Source of the DNA: an uncultured Syntrophomonadaceae bacterium
GTDB lineage: Bacteria; Bacillota; Dethiobacteria; DTU022; PWGO01
Direction of reading: 5' to 3'
Length of the DNA: 64,000 nucleotides
NCBI GenBank assembly: GCA_964636865.1
Contig: CAZWVJ010000001.1
Span: forward strand, 54,687-118,686
The notes below the pieces were generated by a model. That model was not told where the DNA came from, made no database searches, and saw only the letters and a list, made by a program, of their open reading frames with translations. Positions within the stretch are counted from its first letter, which is position 1; every line of letters starts with the position of its first letter. Positions 34,607-45,036 of the stretch are shown here, one piece after another. Position numbers and translations under genes: made by a program.

Positions 34607-35300
34607 AAAAATATGTATTGTAGATGATGAAAAGCCCTTGGTTAAGGCATTAAAATTTAGCCTGGAAAAGGAAGGATTTACAATTGATGCTGCCTATGAT
34701 GGACAAGAAGCTCTTGATAAAATAAACGAGCCCAATCAAAACTATGATCTAATTATTTTGGATTTAATGCTTCCCGGGGTTGATGGATTTGAAGTATGCC
34801 GTACCATCCGTAAAAAAATGGATGTACCCATAATAATGCTTACGGCAAAATCAGAAGATATTGATAAAGTATTGGGTTTAGAGCTCGGCGCTGATGATTA
34901 CCTAACCAAGCCTTTTAATCCTCGTGAGCTTATAGCGAGGATAAAATCTATTTTAAGAAGAGTTGATTCTCAACAGGGAGAATTAAAAAAACATATTCAA
35001 TTGGGAGATTTACATATCGATCTTTTGCACCGGCGAGTTAAACTTCGAGAAGAGGAAGTAGAATTAACCGCAAAAGAATTTGCCTTGCTAAGTTATTTTG
35101 CCACTAATCCGGGAGAGATATTTTCCAGGGAACATTTACTTGAATATGTTTGGGGTTATAATTATTATGGAGATGCCCGTACCGTAGATGTTCATATAAG
35201 ACACCTTAGAGAAAAAATTGAAAAAGATCCGGGAAATCCTGAAATAATAGTAACCGTATGGGGAACCGGTTATAAGTTTGTTGATAATACCAATGCCTAA
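34599..35300 (+). CDS. OmpR-family response regulator
   Basis: Receiver (IVDDE...DLIILDLMLPG) plus winged-helix output domain. ATG 34599 overlaps the UDG stop by 8 nt. The track ORF 34506 carries an implausible N-terminal extension. Confidence 0.85.
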   Translation: MSKKICIVDDEKPLVKALKFSLEKEGFTIDAAYDGQEALDKINEPNQNYDLIILDLMLPGVDGFEVCRTIRKKMDVPIIMLTAKSEDIDKVLGLELGADDYLTKPFNPRELIARIKSILRRVDSQQGELKKHIQLGDLHIDLLHRRVKLREEEVELTAKEFALLSYFATNPGEIFSREHLLEYVWGYNYYGDARTVDVHIRHLREKIEKDPGNPEIIVTVWGTGYKFVDNTNA

Positions 35301-36756
35301 GTTAACAAGTATACGCCACAAACTAATTCTTTTTTCCTTATCAATAATTTTAATTGTAATGATAGTGGTTAGTTTGGCTGTTTACCAATGGCTAAAACAC
35401 TATTATTTAAATCAACAAGAAGAAATTCTTGTCCGAAGTGGAAATTTTGCCGTGGATTTTCTTAGTGGACATGATATTGGCGAAATGAGAGAGGTTCAAT
35501 TAGTTTCTTTAGCGAGGAGTATTAGTCAACAAAACCAATTACCCACGAGAATGATCATAATTGACGACGATAAACAAGTTCTGGGTGATTCTTCAAGAAT
35601 TGACAGTAAAATAGGAGAGACATTAAATCGGGAGGAAATAAGAAGCGCACTAAGAGGTGAGTCCTCCCGTGTTGTTCAATATAGCGAAGAATCTGAAAGC
35701 TGGGTAATGCAGGTGGCACTTCCTTTATATAGTGGAATTGCCGGTTATACTCATTCCGTGGATGGAGTTGTTTTTATGTCAGCATCCCTTCATGAAGTAT
35801 ATGCCATCCTTGGAGACATTCGCATGCTTTTACTTTACTCCACTGTTGCTGCAATGATGCTGGCTATAGGGGCTTCATTTTTTTGGGCCAGACGACTTAC
35901 AGAACCTTTAAAAACACTTAACCTGGCAGCCCGGAAAATGGCAGAAGGTGAACTTGAGCAAAAAGTTGAAATTCCGGAAAAAGATGAAATTGGCCAACTT
36001 GCTTACCAGTTTAATATTATGTCAGATAGATTGAATTATATGACCAGAAATTTAAAAGCATTTGCCGCAAATGTGTCGCATGAATTACGGACTCCCCTTA
36101 CTACTTTGAGCCTTTTAATTCAGTCTTTAAAAGAACATGATTTGGACCGTAAGCAGCAAAGAGAGTTTTTAGATGATTTAGATCAGCAAACTAACCGACT
36201 AATTAACCTGGTGAATGATCTTTTGGAATTAACTAAATTAGAACATATAAATATAAAAGAAAAGGGAAAACATTTTTCCCTCCGTAATATTTTGTTGGAA
36301 CTCATAGAGCAAATGTCCCCCTGGTTTGAAAGAGGTAACATTAACTTTCATTATGATATTCCACTTTCCGTATTAATGATTTCCGGGTCTCCGGGACAGA
36401 TCAGGCAAGTATTTTATAATTTATTAGATAATGCTTTAAAATATACACCCGAAGGTGGAAAAGTAAATCTAAATGCCTGGGAAGATGAAAATAATGTAAC
36501 TGTGGAAGTTAAAGATTCCGGTAAAGGAATACCTGCTAATGAAAGACAATTTATTTTTGAGCGGTTTTATCGGATGGATCACTCTCGTTCCAGGGATGAA
36601 GGAGGTATGGGACTGGGATTGGCTATTTCAAAAGAAATTATTGAAGTGCATGGAGGGGAAATTTATTTAGATACTGAAGAAGGCAAAGGCAGTGTATTTA
36701 AAGTAATACTTCCCAAAGTTACTATATCTAAGTACCAGTTAAAAGATGAAAGTTAA
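35293..36756 (+). CDS. sensor histidine kinase (HAMP-HisKA-HATPase)
   Basis: Two TM segments, H-box SHELRTPLT, N/G1/G2 boxes; ATG 35293 overlaps the RR stop (track start TTG 35278). Confidence 0.8.
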   Translation: MPKLTSIRHKLILFSLSIILIVMIVVSLAVYQWLKHYYLNQQEEILVRSGNFAVDFLSGHDIGEMREVQLVSLARSISQQNQLPTRMIIIDDDKQVLGDSSRIDSKIGETLNREEIRSALRGESSRVVQYSEESESWVMQVALPLYSGIAGYTHSVDGVVFMSASLHEVYAILGDIRMLLLYSTVAAMMLAIGASFFWARRLTEPLKTLNLAARKMAEGELEQKVEIPEKDEIGQLAYQFNIMSDRLNYMTRNLKAFAANVSHELRTPLTTLSLLIQSLKEHDLDRKQQREFLDDLDQQTNRLINLVNDLLELTKLEHINIKEKGKHFSLRNILLELIEQMSPWFERGNINFHYDIPLSVLMISGSPGQIRQVFYNLLDNALKYTPEGGKVNLNAWEDENNVTVEVKDSGKGIPANERQFIFERFYRMDHSRSRDEGGMGLGLAISKEIIEVHGGEIYLDTEEGKGSVFKVILPKVTISKYQLKDES

Positions 36757-36897
36757 ATTGTTTAACCGGGCAATAAGTTTTTTATTAAATCTTCAGCGGG
36801 CAAGTAAAACAAATATTTAGTTTTGTTTTTTTATAATTGTTTTAACATAATCTTTAGGATAAAATTAAGTAAAGAAGGGAGTAGCGTGAACCTATAA

Positions 36898-38634
36898 ATG
36901 ATTCGATTAAAAGATGAAATTAGCTATCTATTATCAACTTTAACTGATCTTGATCAACTACAAATAAAAGAATTGTTTGAAGAACCCCCTGAAAAAGAAA
37001 TGGGAAATCTTTCTTTTCCCTGTTTTGTTTTGGCAAAAAAAGAAAAGAAACCACCACCACAAATTGCTGCAGACCTGGCCCAAAAATTAAATGAGCAAAA
37101 AAGAATATATTGGACAAAGGTAGAAAATAAAGGCCCTTATCTTAACTTTTTTATGGATTATTATGCTGTGGGCAAAGAATTAATTCCGGAAATATTAGAA
37201 AATGATTTGCTTGCAAAGTGGTGCAATGTAGGAAAAGGAAAAACAGTTGTTGTTGACTATTCTGCCCCTAATATTGCCAAGCCTTTTGGTATAGGCCACC
37301 TGCGTTCCACAATTATTGGAAATGCATTGTACCTGATCTACCAAGCTTTGGGTTATAATTGCATAGGAATTAATCATCTGGGGGATTGGGGCACCCAATT
37401 CGGCAAACTATTGGCAGCTTATTACCTTTGGGGTGAAGCCGAGAAATTGAAAGAAGATCCGGTAAATTATGCCTATGCTCTTTACGTTAAATTCCATGAA
37501 GAAGCTGAAGTAGATGATTCCTTGGAAGATACTGCTCGAGAATGGTTTAAGAGGCTAGAAGAAGGCGAAAAAGAAGCTACGGATTTATGGAAAACTTTTT
37601 GCGACTTCAGCCTAAAGGAATTTAAAGAAGTTTACGCTATGCTTGGTATTGATTTCGATTATTTTCTGGGGGAAAGTTTTTATAATTCTCACCTGGAAGA
37701 AACTATTAGCTTGATCAAGGCAAAAGGAATTACGAAAGTCAGCGAGGGTGCATTGATTGTTGATCTCGAACCCTATGGGTTGCCTTCAATAGTTTTACGG
37801 AAAAAAGATGGAACTAACCTCTACATTACCAGGGATTTAGCTGCGGCTATTTATCGTTATCAAACATTTAATTTTTCTTATATGTTATATGTGGTAGGAT
37901 CTGAACAATCTTTACATTTTCAGCAGTTATTTAAAATATTAGAGCTTATGGATTTTGAATGGGCGCAGCAATGCTTCCATATACCATTTGGACTGATCAG
38001 GTTTAAAGAAGGGCGCATGTCCAGCAGGGAAGGTAATATTATTTTATTAAGAGAAGTTATAGAAAAAGCAATAGAATTGGCTTATCAAATAATTGAAGAC
38101 AAAAATCCTGACTTGGCTAATAAAGAAAAGGCTGCTCATGCTGTGGGAGTGGGAGCAATAAAATTTGGTGACTTGTGCAATGACCGGGTGAAAGATATTG
38201 ATTTTGAGTGGGATAAAGTTCTTGATTTTTCCGGAGATACTGCTCCTTATGTTCAATATTCGCATGCCAGGATTTGCAGCATTTTACGTAAAGCAAAAAG
38301 TGAGAAGAAAGAAGGTGGAATTAACAGTAATTATTATGATGCCATGGAGGGGTTTTCATTTCAGTTGGAACGGGAAGAAGAAAAAGACTTATTGAGGGCA
38401 CTTTCTATGCTGCCGGACATTATTCTTCAGGCGGCAGCAACACACAAGCCTTCTTATCTTGCTCGATATTTAGTAGAGGTGGCTAGAGAGTTTAGCCGTT
38501 TTTATCACAACTGTCCGGTATTAAGTGTCGGAGGAGATCAATTTCAATCTCGTCTACTGCTTATTCAAGCAACTCAAGAGGTATTGGCAAAGGGGTTAAA
38601 ACTTTTAGGAATAGAAGCTCCGGAAGAAATGTAA
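36898..38634 (+). CDS. argS: arginine--tRNA ligase
   Basis: 578 aa class I ligase; HIGH-like PFGIGHLRS, anticodon-binding C-terminal domain. Confidence 0.9.
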   Translation: MIRLKDEISYLLSTLTDLDQLQIKELFEEPPEKEMGNLSFPCFVLAKKEKKPPPQIAADLAQKLNEQKRIYWTKVENKGPYLNFFMDYYAVGKELIPEILENDLLAKWCNVGKGKTVVVDYSAPNIAKPFGIGHLRSTIIGNALYLIYQALGYNCIGINHLGDWGTQFGKLLAAYYLWGEAEKLKEDPVNYAYALYVKFHEEAEVDDSLEDTAREWFKRLEEGEKEATDLWKTFCDFSLKEFKEVYAMLGIDFDYFLGESFYNSHLEETISLIKAKGITKVSEGALIVDLEPYGLPSIVLRKKDGTNLYITRDLAAAIYRYQTFNFSYMLYVVGSEQSLHFQQLFKILELMDFEWAQQCFHIPFGLIRFKEGRMSSREGNIILLREVIEKAIELAYQIIEDKNPDLANKEKAAHAVGVGAIKFGDLCNDRVKDIDFEWDKVLDFSGDTAPYVQYSHARICSILRKAKSEKKEGGINSNYYDAMEGFSFQLEREEEKDLLRALSMLPDIILQAAATHKPSYLARYLVEVAREFSRFYHNCPVLSVGGDQFQSRLLLIQATQEVLAKGLKLLGIEAPEEM

Positions 38635-38693
38635 TAAAAAAGATAAAAAAATTTTTAAAGGTGAATGAAAGTTTTTCTAGGCTATATTCGTAG

Positions 38694-39992
<1,299 letters not shown>

Positions 39993-40199
39993 GCATAAAT
40001 ATGCAATACTGATTGCATATGGTGATTTAAAATATAAAATAAATTTTGGGGCTAATAAATTATCTTTACCCTGCTTAAGTACGCACACTCTTTACATGAT
40101 TATAACTTTTTGCCTCAAAATAAAAAGTGATCGAAATAGGCTTCGCTGTCTCAAAAAGAAATGTACATATAAGATATTTTTTTTCAGGGTACCGGGCAT

Positions 40200-40229
40200 T
40201 TGACGTTATCAAAGAGGGTATGATATACT
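40200..40229 (+). promoter_or_regulatory. promoter of the tRNA-Ser pair (TTGACG, 18 nt, TGATATACT extended -10)
   Basis: -35 at 40200-40205 and -10 TATACT at 40224-40229 preceded by TG, 13 nt upstream of tRNA-Ser(TGA). Confidence 0.6.
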
Positions 40230-40242
40230 CTATCATGCACCC

Positions 40243-40329
40243 GGAGGGGTGTCCGAGTGGCTTAAGGAGCCGGTCTTGAAAACCGGTGACCCGAGAGGGC
40301 CGTGGGTTCGAATCCCACCCCCTCCGCCA
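40243..40329 (+). tRNA. tRNA-Ser (anticodon TGA), CCA encoded
   Basis: Cloverleaf readable by eye: acceptor GGAGGGG/CCCCTCC, anticodon loop CTTGAAA, long variable arm, T-loop GGTTCGAATCC. Confidence 0.88.
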
Positions 40330-40355
40330 TATATAAGTCATGTAAAAATACTTGC

Positions 40356-40448
40356 GGAGAGATGGCCGAGTGGTCGAAGGCGGTCGCCTGCTAAGCGATT
40401 AAGCGGTGAAGAGCCGCTTCGTGGGTTCGAATCCCACTCTCTCCGCCA
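40356..40448 (+). tRNA. tRNA-Ser (anticodon GCT), CCA encoded
   Basis: Acceptor GGAGAGA/TCTCTCC, anticodon loop CTGCTAA, long variable arm, canonical T-loop. Confidence 0.85.
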
Positions 40449-40454
40449 ATGTAA

Positions 40455-40488
40455 AAGCGCCCGCAGCCCATGCGGGCGTATTTTTTTA
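40455..40488 (+). terminator. rho-independent terminator after the tRNA-Ser pair
   Basis: GC-rich stem GCGCCCGCA/TGCGGGCG followed by TATTTTTTT. Confidence 0.8.
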
Positions 40489-40620
40489 AGAAGCAGATGA
40501 AAATGTTTCCTGTTATCTGAATTTATAGATAGTAAGGGGTTAATTAAGGGCCAAAGAAGATAGCTTTCCAAAGGGTAGGGGGCTTTTCTGTCGAATAATA
40601 TAAGGGCGGAGGTGCGGTTG

Positions 40621-42384
40621 ATGTATTCGGAAGTAAATACACAGACTCATGGGGTTAAACGGAGCAGTAAGCGCAATTGGCGCTTAATTATTGGAATAAT
40701 TATCTTTTTTTTGTTAGTGGTGGCAATAGGTGCAATTATCTATTTACGCCCGGGCTTTCAGCAGGCAAACTGGGGTGAAAGCACTGTCCTGGTAGTGGGT
40801 ATGGAAAGAGCCGGTGAAGAACTCGTGGAAGTAGATGAGGGAGAAATATACATAAAATTAGAAAGTATGCAGGAGTACATAGATCCGGGTCTTTTTTGGG
40901 ATGAGAGCGAAAAAACAGCGATAATTACCAACGAAGATCGAGTAGTGCACATGCAGAGTGAGGATCAAACAGCCCATATTAACTTACGCCCAGTAGAAAT
41001 GGAATTTCCATTACGGGAGACAGAAGAAAGTTTTTATTTACCCTTGCTTTTTTTGGAAAATTTTTATGCGGTGAGTATTAATTATCATCCTGCTTCTGAC
41101 ACAGTAGTAATTGAACGTGAGGAAGATAATGCAATATCGGGAAAAGTTAAACCGGATTCGCTTCGCTTACGGGAAAAACCTTCTTGGCGAGGTCCTACAT
41201 TAGACATTTTAAATGCCGAAGATGAACTAATAATTACTACCGATTCTGTTGAGGAGGAAGAATCTGATTGGTACTCTGTGCGCACCGAAGAGGGCATGCT
41301 TGGCTTTGTGCATGAGCGCAATGTGGAACTAACCGGTGACTACGAACCGGAACCGGAGAGGGAAGAGTTGCCTCCCAAACGGGAGAAAACGGAAATTGAA
41401 CACCCCATAACCCTGGTGTGGGAGTTTGCATATACTACTCCGGATACAAGTAAAATTGGGGAGATGGAACCGGTGGATGTAGTTTCTCCCACCTGGTTCC
41501 ATGTTGACGATAAAGAAGGTAATATTCGTGACATTGCTGATCCCGCTTATGTGGAATGGGCCCGAGAGCGGGGCTATCAGGTTTGGGCATTGGTGACAAA
41601 CTCCTTTGATCCGGAGTTAACTGCTGCTGTATTAACCAGCTCCGAAAAAAGAAAACATATAATTAACCAATTGGTGACTTTAGCTAACGAATACAACCTG
41701 GACGGTATCAACATCGACTTTGAAAATTTCCACTTTGATTATCGGGATTATTTTACTCAGTTTATGCGGGAACTTGCTCCCCTATGTAGGGAAGAGGGAT
41801 TGGTTTTATCGGTAGATGTAACCATTAAATCCCTTTCCGAATATTATGGGCTGAGTTATGATCGGGAGGCCCTGGCTGGTCTCGTGGATTATGTTGCCCT
41901 GATGGCTTATGATGAGCATTGGGGCAGTTCTCCGGTAGCCGGTTCGGTATCCTCATTGCCCTGGGTAGAAAAAGGTATAGAGCTTACACTAGAAGAAGTG
42001 CCACCGGAAAAGTTACTACTGGGTGTACCATTTTATACCAGGTTGTGGGAAATTGAAGAAGTTGAAGAGGAAGAGGAGGGAGAAGAAGAAAACGACGAAA
42101 AGGTTTCTTCCAATGCCTATTCCATGATGCGCATTGACGAAATATTGTCTGAGCAAGATGATGTGGAAATAGAGTGGGACGAAGATGCCAAACAAAACCT
42201 GGCGGTTTATGAGGATAACAATAAAACTTATAAAGTGTGGCTGGAAGACGAAGATTCCATGCGGCAAAGAATAGAGTTAATTAATAAGCATAACCTTGCC
42301 GGCGTGGCAGCATGGAGGCGGGGCTTTGAAAAACCGGATATATGGAAAATAATTGATGAAGTTTTGACAGATTATGGGCCTTGA
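40621..42384 (+). CDS. membrane-anchored glycoside hydrolase family 18 protein with CuAO-N-like and SH3b-like domains
   Basis: N-terminal TM. The FYLPLLFLENFYAVSINYHPASDTVVI segment resembles the copper-amine-oxidase N-domain. An SH3b-like segment (WYSVRTEEGMLGFVHERNV) follows. GH18 catalytic motif DGINIDFE. ATG 40621 is 8 nt after GGAGG. Confidence 0.7.
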   Translation: MYSEVNTQTHGVKRSSKRNWRLIIGIIIFFLLVVAIGAIIYLRPGFQQANWGESTVLVVGMERAGEELVEVDEGEIYIKLESMQEYIDPGLFWDESEKTAIITNEDRVVHMQSEDQTAHINLRPVEMEFPLRETEESFYLPLLFLENFYAVSINYHPASDTVVIEREEDNAISGKVKPDSLRLREKPSWRGPTLDILNAEDELIITTDSVEEEESDWYSVRTEEGMLGFVHERNVELTGDYEPEPEREELPPKREKTEIEHPITLVWEFAYTTPDTSKIGEMEPVDVVSPTWFHVDDKEGNIRDIADPAYVEWARERGYQVWALVTNSFDPELTAAVLTSSEKRKHIINQLVTLANEYNLDGINIDFENFHFDYRDYFTQFMRELAPLCREEGLVLSVDVTIKSLSEYYGLSYDREALAGLVDYVALMAYDEHWGSSPVAGSVSSLPWVEKGIELTLEEVPPEKLLLGVPFYTRLWEIEEVEEEEEGEEENDEKVSSNAYSMMRIDEILSEQDDVEIEWDEDAKQNLAVYEDNNKTYKVWLEDEDSMRQRIELINKHNLAGVAAWRRGFEKPDIWKIIDEVLTDYGP

Positions 42385-42611
42385 CAATAATGAGCTATAA
42401 ATAAATCTGCAATAATAATTTAAGCCGTGGGCTAAAGGTGGTGTTTTTAGGAAAATATTAATCATGTTTATATATTATAATGAATGATCGTGGTACATTG
42501 ACATGCATATTATTTTGTAGCATAATAATAATTGCCGTTAGCAGGTAAAAATGAATTTGCAAAGCACGAATTACTTTGCAGGCAGTAAGCAAAAAATAAT
42601 AAAAGCCTTGC

Positions 42612-42688
42612 GCGCCCGTAGCTCAGTGGATTAGAGCGACTGACTACGGATCAGTAGGTCGGGGGTTCGAATCCTCCCGGGCGTGCCA
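42612..42688 (+). tRNA. tRNA-Arg (anticodon ACG), CCA encoded
   Basis: Acceptor GCGCCCG/CGGGCGT (G1:U72), anticodon loop CTACGGA, T-loop GGTTCGAATCC. Confidence 0.88.
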
Positions 42689-42689
42689 T

Positions 42690-42733
42690 GAGTGGCAGGG
42701 TTCTCAGAGACTCTGCCACTCTTTATTTTTTTA
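42690..42733 (+). terminator. rho-independent terminator after tRNA-Arg
   Basis: Stem GAGTGGCAG/CTGCCACTC followed by TTTATTTTTTT. Confidence 0.8.
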
Positions 42734-42757
42734 ACCTCCATCCTATTTAACTTTTTT

Positions 42758-42769
42758 CCGGGCGTGCCA
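42758..42769 (+). repeat. 12-bp direct repeat of the tRNA-Arg 3' end (CCGGGCGTGCCA), 81 bp downstream of the tRNA copy (42677-42688)
   Basis: Exact match read in the sequence; att-site-like duplication of a tRNA 3' end. Confidence 0.5.
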
Positions 42770-43047
42770 AAGCCGGAGGCCTTAATAAAAGAATTTCCGA
42801 ACTTTTTTCCTTTTCCTTTTGGATAATGTAAAGGATATATTTTTATATCTTAAGCACCTCTAAAAAACTCTGGTTTAATTTTTTTTAAGTGCAGGAAGAT
42901 ATATGAGTGCGTAGAATTATTTTATGAGGAATGAAAGGTTTTTGATGGTAATGAGGAATTAAGTATTTAAGTTTGCATTTTTGGTTCCCGGCTGAGGATT
43001 AATATTGCAAAAATAAAATATAAAAAAAATTAAGTAACGGTCAATTT

Positions 43048-43320
43048 TTGCAGGAAAGGATGTTTCTATCATTGGCAAAATTAACAAAGGGTACGGGTTT
43101 GCTGGTATTGTTATTAGTAATTGGAGGAATTTTCGGGACCCTTATTGGGTATTATTTTGGTGATGCCGTTTCTTTTTTAGGTTTTGGAAGTTCTATCGGT
43201 ATGGATCCGACAACTGTTGATCTTTTGGTAATTAAATTAACTTTAGGGCTTATATTAGAGATTAATATAGCCACGATAATTGGTTTTTTTATAGCGCTAT
43301 TTATTTATTATCGCCTTTAA
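43048..43320 (+). CDS. DUF4321-like small membrane protein
   Basis: 90 aa, two hydrophobic helices; immediately upstream of ftsE. Confidence 0.5.
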   Translation: MQERMFLSLAKLTKGTGLLVLLLVIGGIFGTLIGYYFGDAVSFLGFGSSIGMDPTTVDLLVIKLTLGLILEINIATIIGFFIALFIYYRL

Positions 43321-43406
43321 AGGTTATTTAATATTTCTTATTTGCTTTTTTTAAAGGGTTTGAGGCCAATTTTATAGAATGTAAAAGATCAAGTTATTAT
43401 AAGTAT

Positions 43407-44126
43407 TTGAAGTTTTTATCTAAGGAGGTTATCTTCCTGATAGAGCTTAAGGAACTAACCAAGAAGTATGAGGGCAGTAACGCGCCGGCACTTTCTGATA
43501 TTAACTTGAATATTGAAAGGGGCGAATTAGTTTTTTTAGTGGGCTTAAGTGGGGTTGGAAAGACTACTCTCATTAAGCTTATTTTTCGAGAGATTTCCCC
43601 TACATCTGGGTCCGTCTATTTTCGGGGAAGAAATATATTTCGCTTTAAGCCTCGAGAATTGCTGGCTTATCGCCGTAATATAGGCATGGTTTTCCAAGAT
43701 TTTCGATTAATAAAAAGTAAAACTATTTATGAAAACGTAGCTTTTGCTTTAGAAGTAATAGGTGAATCCCGCCGTGAAATTGAAAAAAAAGTTCCTGCAG
43801 CTTTAGATATGGTGGACTTATCTCATAAACTGGATGTTTTCCCCAACCAACTTTCCGGAGGTGAGCAGCAACGGGTGGGTATTGCCCGTGCTATTGTGAA
43901 AAACCCCCAATTAATTTTGGCTGATGAACCTACTGGCAATGTGGACCCGCGCACAGCGCGGGAAATCATGAATCTTTTCGATAAAATTAACCAGGGGGGA
44001 ACCACTGTTATTATTGCTACGCATGCCTGGGAACTGGTGAACGAGATGAAGAAGAGAGTTATTTCCTTAGAGGATGGCTGTTTGAAAAAAGATAACAAAC
44101 AGGAAGAGGGTTACTGTGTTACTTAA
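43407..44126 (+). CDS. ftsE: cell division ATP-binding protein FtsE
   Basis: Walker [13 protein letters not shown] signature LSGGEQQR, Walker B LILADEPT. The real start is probably a non-ATG codon near 43436-43439, after AAGGAGG at 43422. Confidence 0.85.
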   Translation: MKFLSKEVIFLIELKELTKKYEGSNAPALSDINLNIERGELVFLVGLSGVGKTTLIKLIFREISPTSGSVYFRGRNIFRFKPRELLAYRRNIGMVFQDFRLIKSKTIYENVAFALEVIGESRREIEKKVPAALDMVDLSHKLDVFPNQLSGGEQQRVGIARAIVKNPQLILADEPTGNVDPRTAREIMNLFDKINQGGTTVIIATHAWELVNEMKKRVISLEDGCLKKDNKQEEGYCVT

Positions 44127-45000
44127 TTTATTGCGCTATAATTTTCGCCAATGCTTTATATCCTTATCACGTAATATTGGCTTGGCTTTAGCATCTATGG
44201 GTATTATAGCCATATCTTTGATCATATTGGGTGCTTTTATCTTAGTGGCTGTAAATATGGAACAGATGGCAAGCGGCTTGGAATCAAGCGTGGAAGTGGC
44301 CGTTTTTTTAGAAGATGACGCCGAAGAAGAAGCCGTGGAAGAGGAATTGAGACATCTGGAAGGTGTGGAAAGTTATTCCTTTGTGTCGCGCCATGAAGGT
44401 TTGGAGGATATTAGCCGTGAACTTGGCGATGAGGATCTTTTAAGTGAGGTAGAAGGCGAACATAATCCCCTTCCCGATGCTTTTCGAGTAAGTGCCTTAG
44501 ATGCTGAAATAGTCCCGGAGCTTGCTGCCCAAATAGAAAATTTTACGGGTGTTGAAAAAACTGATTACGGGGGAGAGCTTTTGAATTGGATGCTCCGCTT
44601 TGGGCAGTGGGTTAACATAATATCCGTAGGGGTGGCCTTAATTTTAATTGCTGCAGCAGTTTTCCTCATTGTAACAACTATCCGATTGTCCCTTCTTTCG
44701 CGTCAGGAAGAAGTGGGAATTATGAAGTATCTGGGCGCTAGCAATTGGTTTATCAGGTTTCCGTTTCTTTTGGAAGGAATGATAATCGGATTGGTAGGCA
44801 CTTTAGTTTCAGTAATAATTTTAGTATTGGTTTATTATAATCTGGCATCTTACCTGCATGATTTGGAACTGGTTTTCTTTTGGCGCCCGGTTACCGAACC
44901 GGCAATACTTATTCCAATTTGGGTGGGATTGTTAGTTTTGGGAACATTAATTGGCGGGTTGGGAAGCTTATTTTCTTTGCGTAAGTTCTTAAAAGTTTAA
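44116..45000 (+). CDS. ftsX: cell division permease FtsX
   Basis: 294 aa; four-TM FtsX topology with a periplasmic loop; overlaps ftsE. Confidence 0.8.
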   Translation: MLLNLLRYNFRQCFISLSRNIGLALASMGIIAISLIILGAFILVAVNMEQMASGLESSVEVAVFLEDDAEEEAVEEELRHLEGVESYSFVSRHEGLEDISRELGDEDLLSEVEGEHNPLPDAFRVSALDAEIVPELAAQIENFTGVEKTDYGGELLNWMLRFGQWVNIISVGVALILIAAAVFLIVTTIRLSLLSRQEEVGIMKYLGASNWFIRFPFLLEGMIIGLVGTLVSVIILVLVYYNLASYLHDLELVFFWRPVTEPAILIPIWVGLLVLGTLIGGLGSLFSLRKFLKV

Positions 45001-45036
45001 TTTTTTTAAGAACAAAGAAAGAGGAGGTGCTAGAGA

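Noticed and set aside
40075-40571. Three ORFs (88, 83 and 77 aa) overlapping the tRNA-Ser pair
   Set aside because: They are translations of the tRNA genes and their terminator on both strands, with no RBS or coding signal
42498-42526. Possible promoter TTGACA, 17 nt, CATAAT upstream of tRNA-Arg
   Set aside because: The -10 is weak and the element lies 85 nt upstream of the mature tRNA 5' end; plausible but too uncertain to list as a feature
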